Source: Candidatus Sungiibacteriota bacterium | GTDB taxonomy: Bacteria; Patescibacteriota; Minisyncoccia; Sungbacterales; HO2-52-23 | Length of the DNA stretch: 64,000 bases | Assembly (NCBI GenBank): GCA_016181585.1 | Contig: JACOYX010000017.1 | Span: 8,317 to 72,316 of the forward strand | Direction of reading: 5' to 3' | In this document: one piece after another, positions 64,000-64,000 of the stretch | How positions within the stretch are numbered: the first letter of the stretch is position 1 | Layout of the letters: each line of letters starts with the position of its first letter | Translations under genes and position numbers: made by a program | The notes under the pieces: generated by a model | What the model saw: the letters and a program-made list of their open reading frames with translations, nothing else | Database searches by the model: none | Told to the model about the DNA's origin: nothing

Positions 64000-64000
64000 T

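Overview
The window is almost entirely one very large (>60 kb, open at the right edge) surface-glycan biosynthesis locus, mostly on the minus strand, next to hpf/raiA and murB. Gene style and repeat content suggest a Patescibacteria/CPR (Parcubacteria-like) genome; this is an inference. The locus encodes three NeuB-type nonulosonate synthases, two CMP-transferases, NeuC, a KdsC-like phosphatase, two thiamine-diphosphate E1 alpha/beta pairs with no E2/E3 in the window, HddA/HddC-like enzymes, RmlB/RmlC, a C-methyltransferase, a carbamoyltransferase, 2OG dioxygenases and many glycosyltransferases. The intergenic DNA is the most unusual part: (i) five copies of a structure-conserved palindromic element with a G(C/A)(A/T)TGGT bulge, each 7-18 bp after a stop codon and in the same orientation; (ii) a MITE-like long-hairpin family with TA/TTAA flanks and nested modules, one copy splitting a GIY-YIG pseudogene and one apparently enclosing a whole gene; (iii) a direct-repeat-delimited array of small cassettes (22.4-24.0 kb), one a promoter/terminator-bounded ~140-nt structured RNA candidate; (iv) in-frame palindromic insertions in proteins; (v) self-contained promoter-SD-ORF-terminator units interspersed among SD-less genes. 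No transposase, integrase, CRISPR array, tRNA or rRNA was recognised. All calls come from reading the sequence; no searches or folding programs were run.
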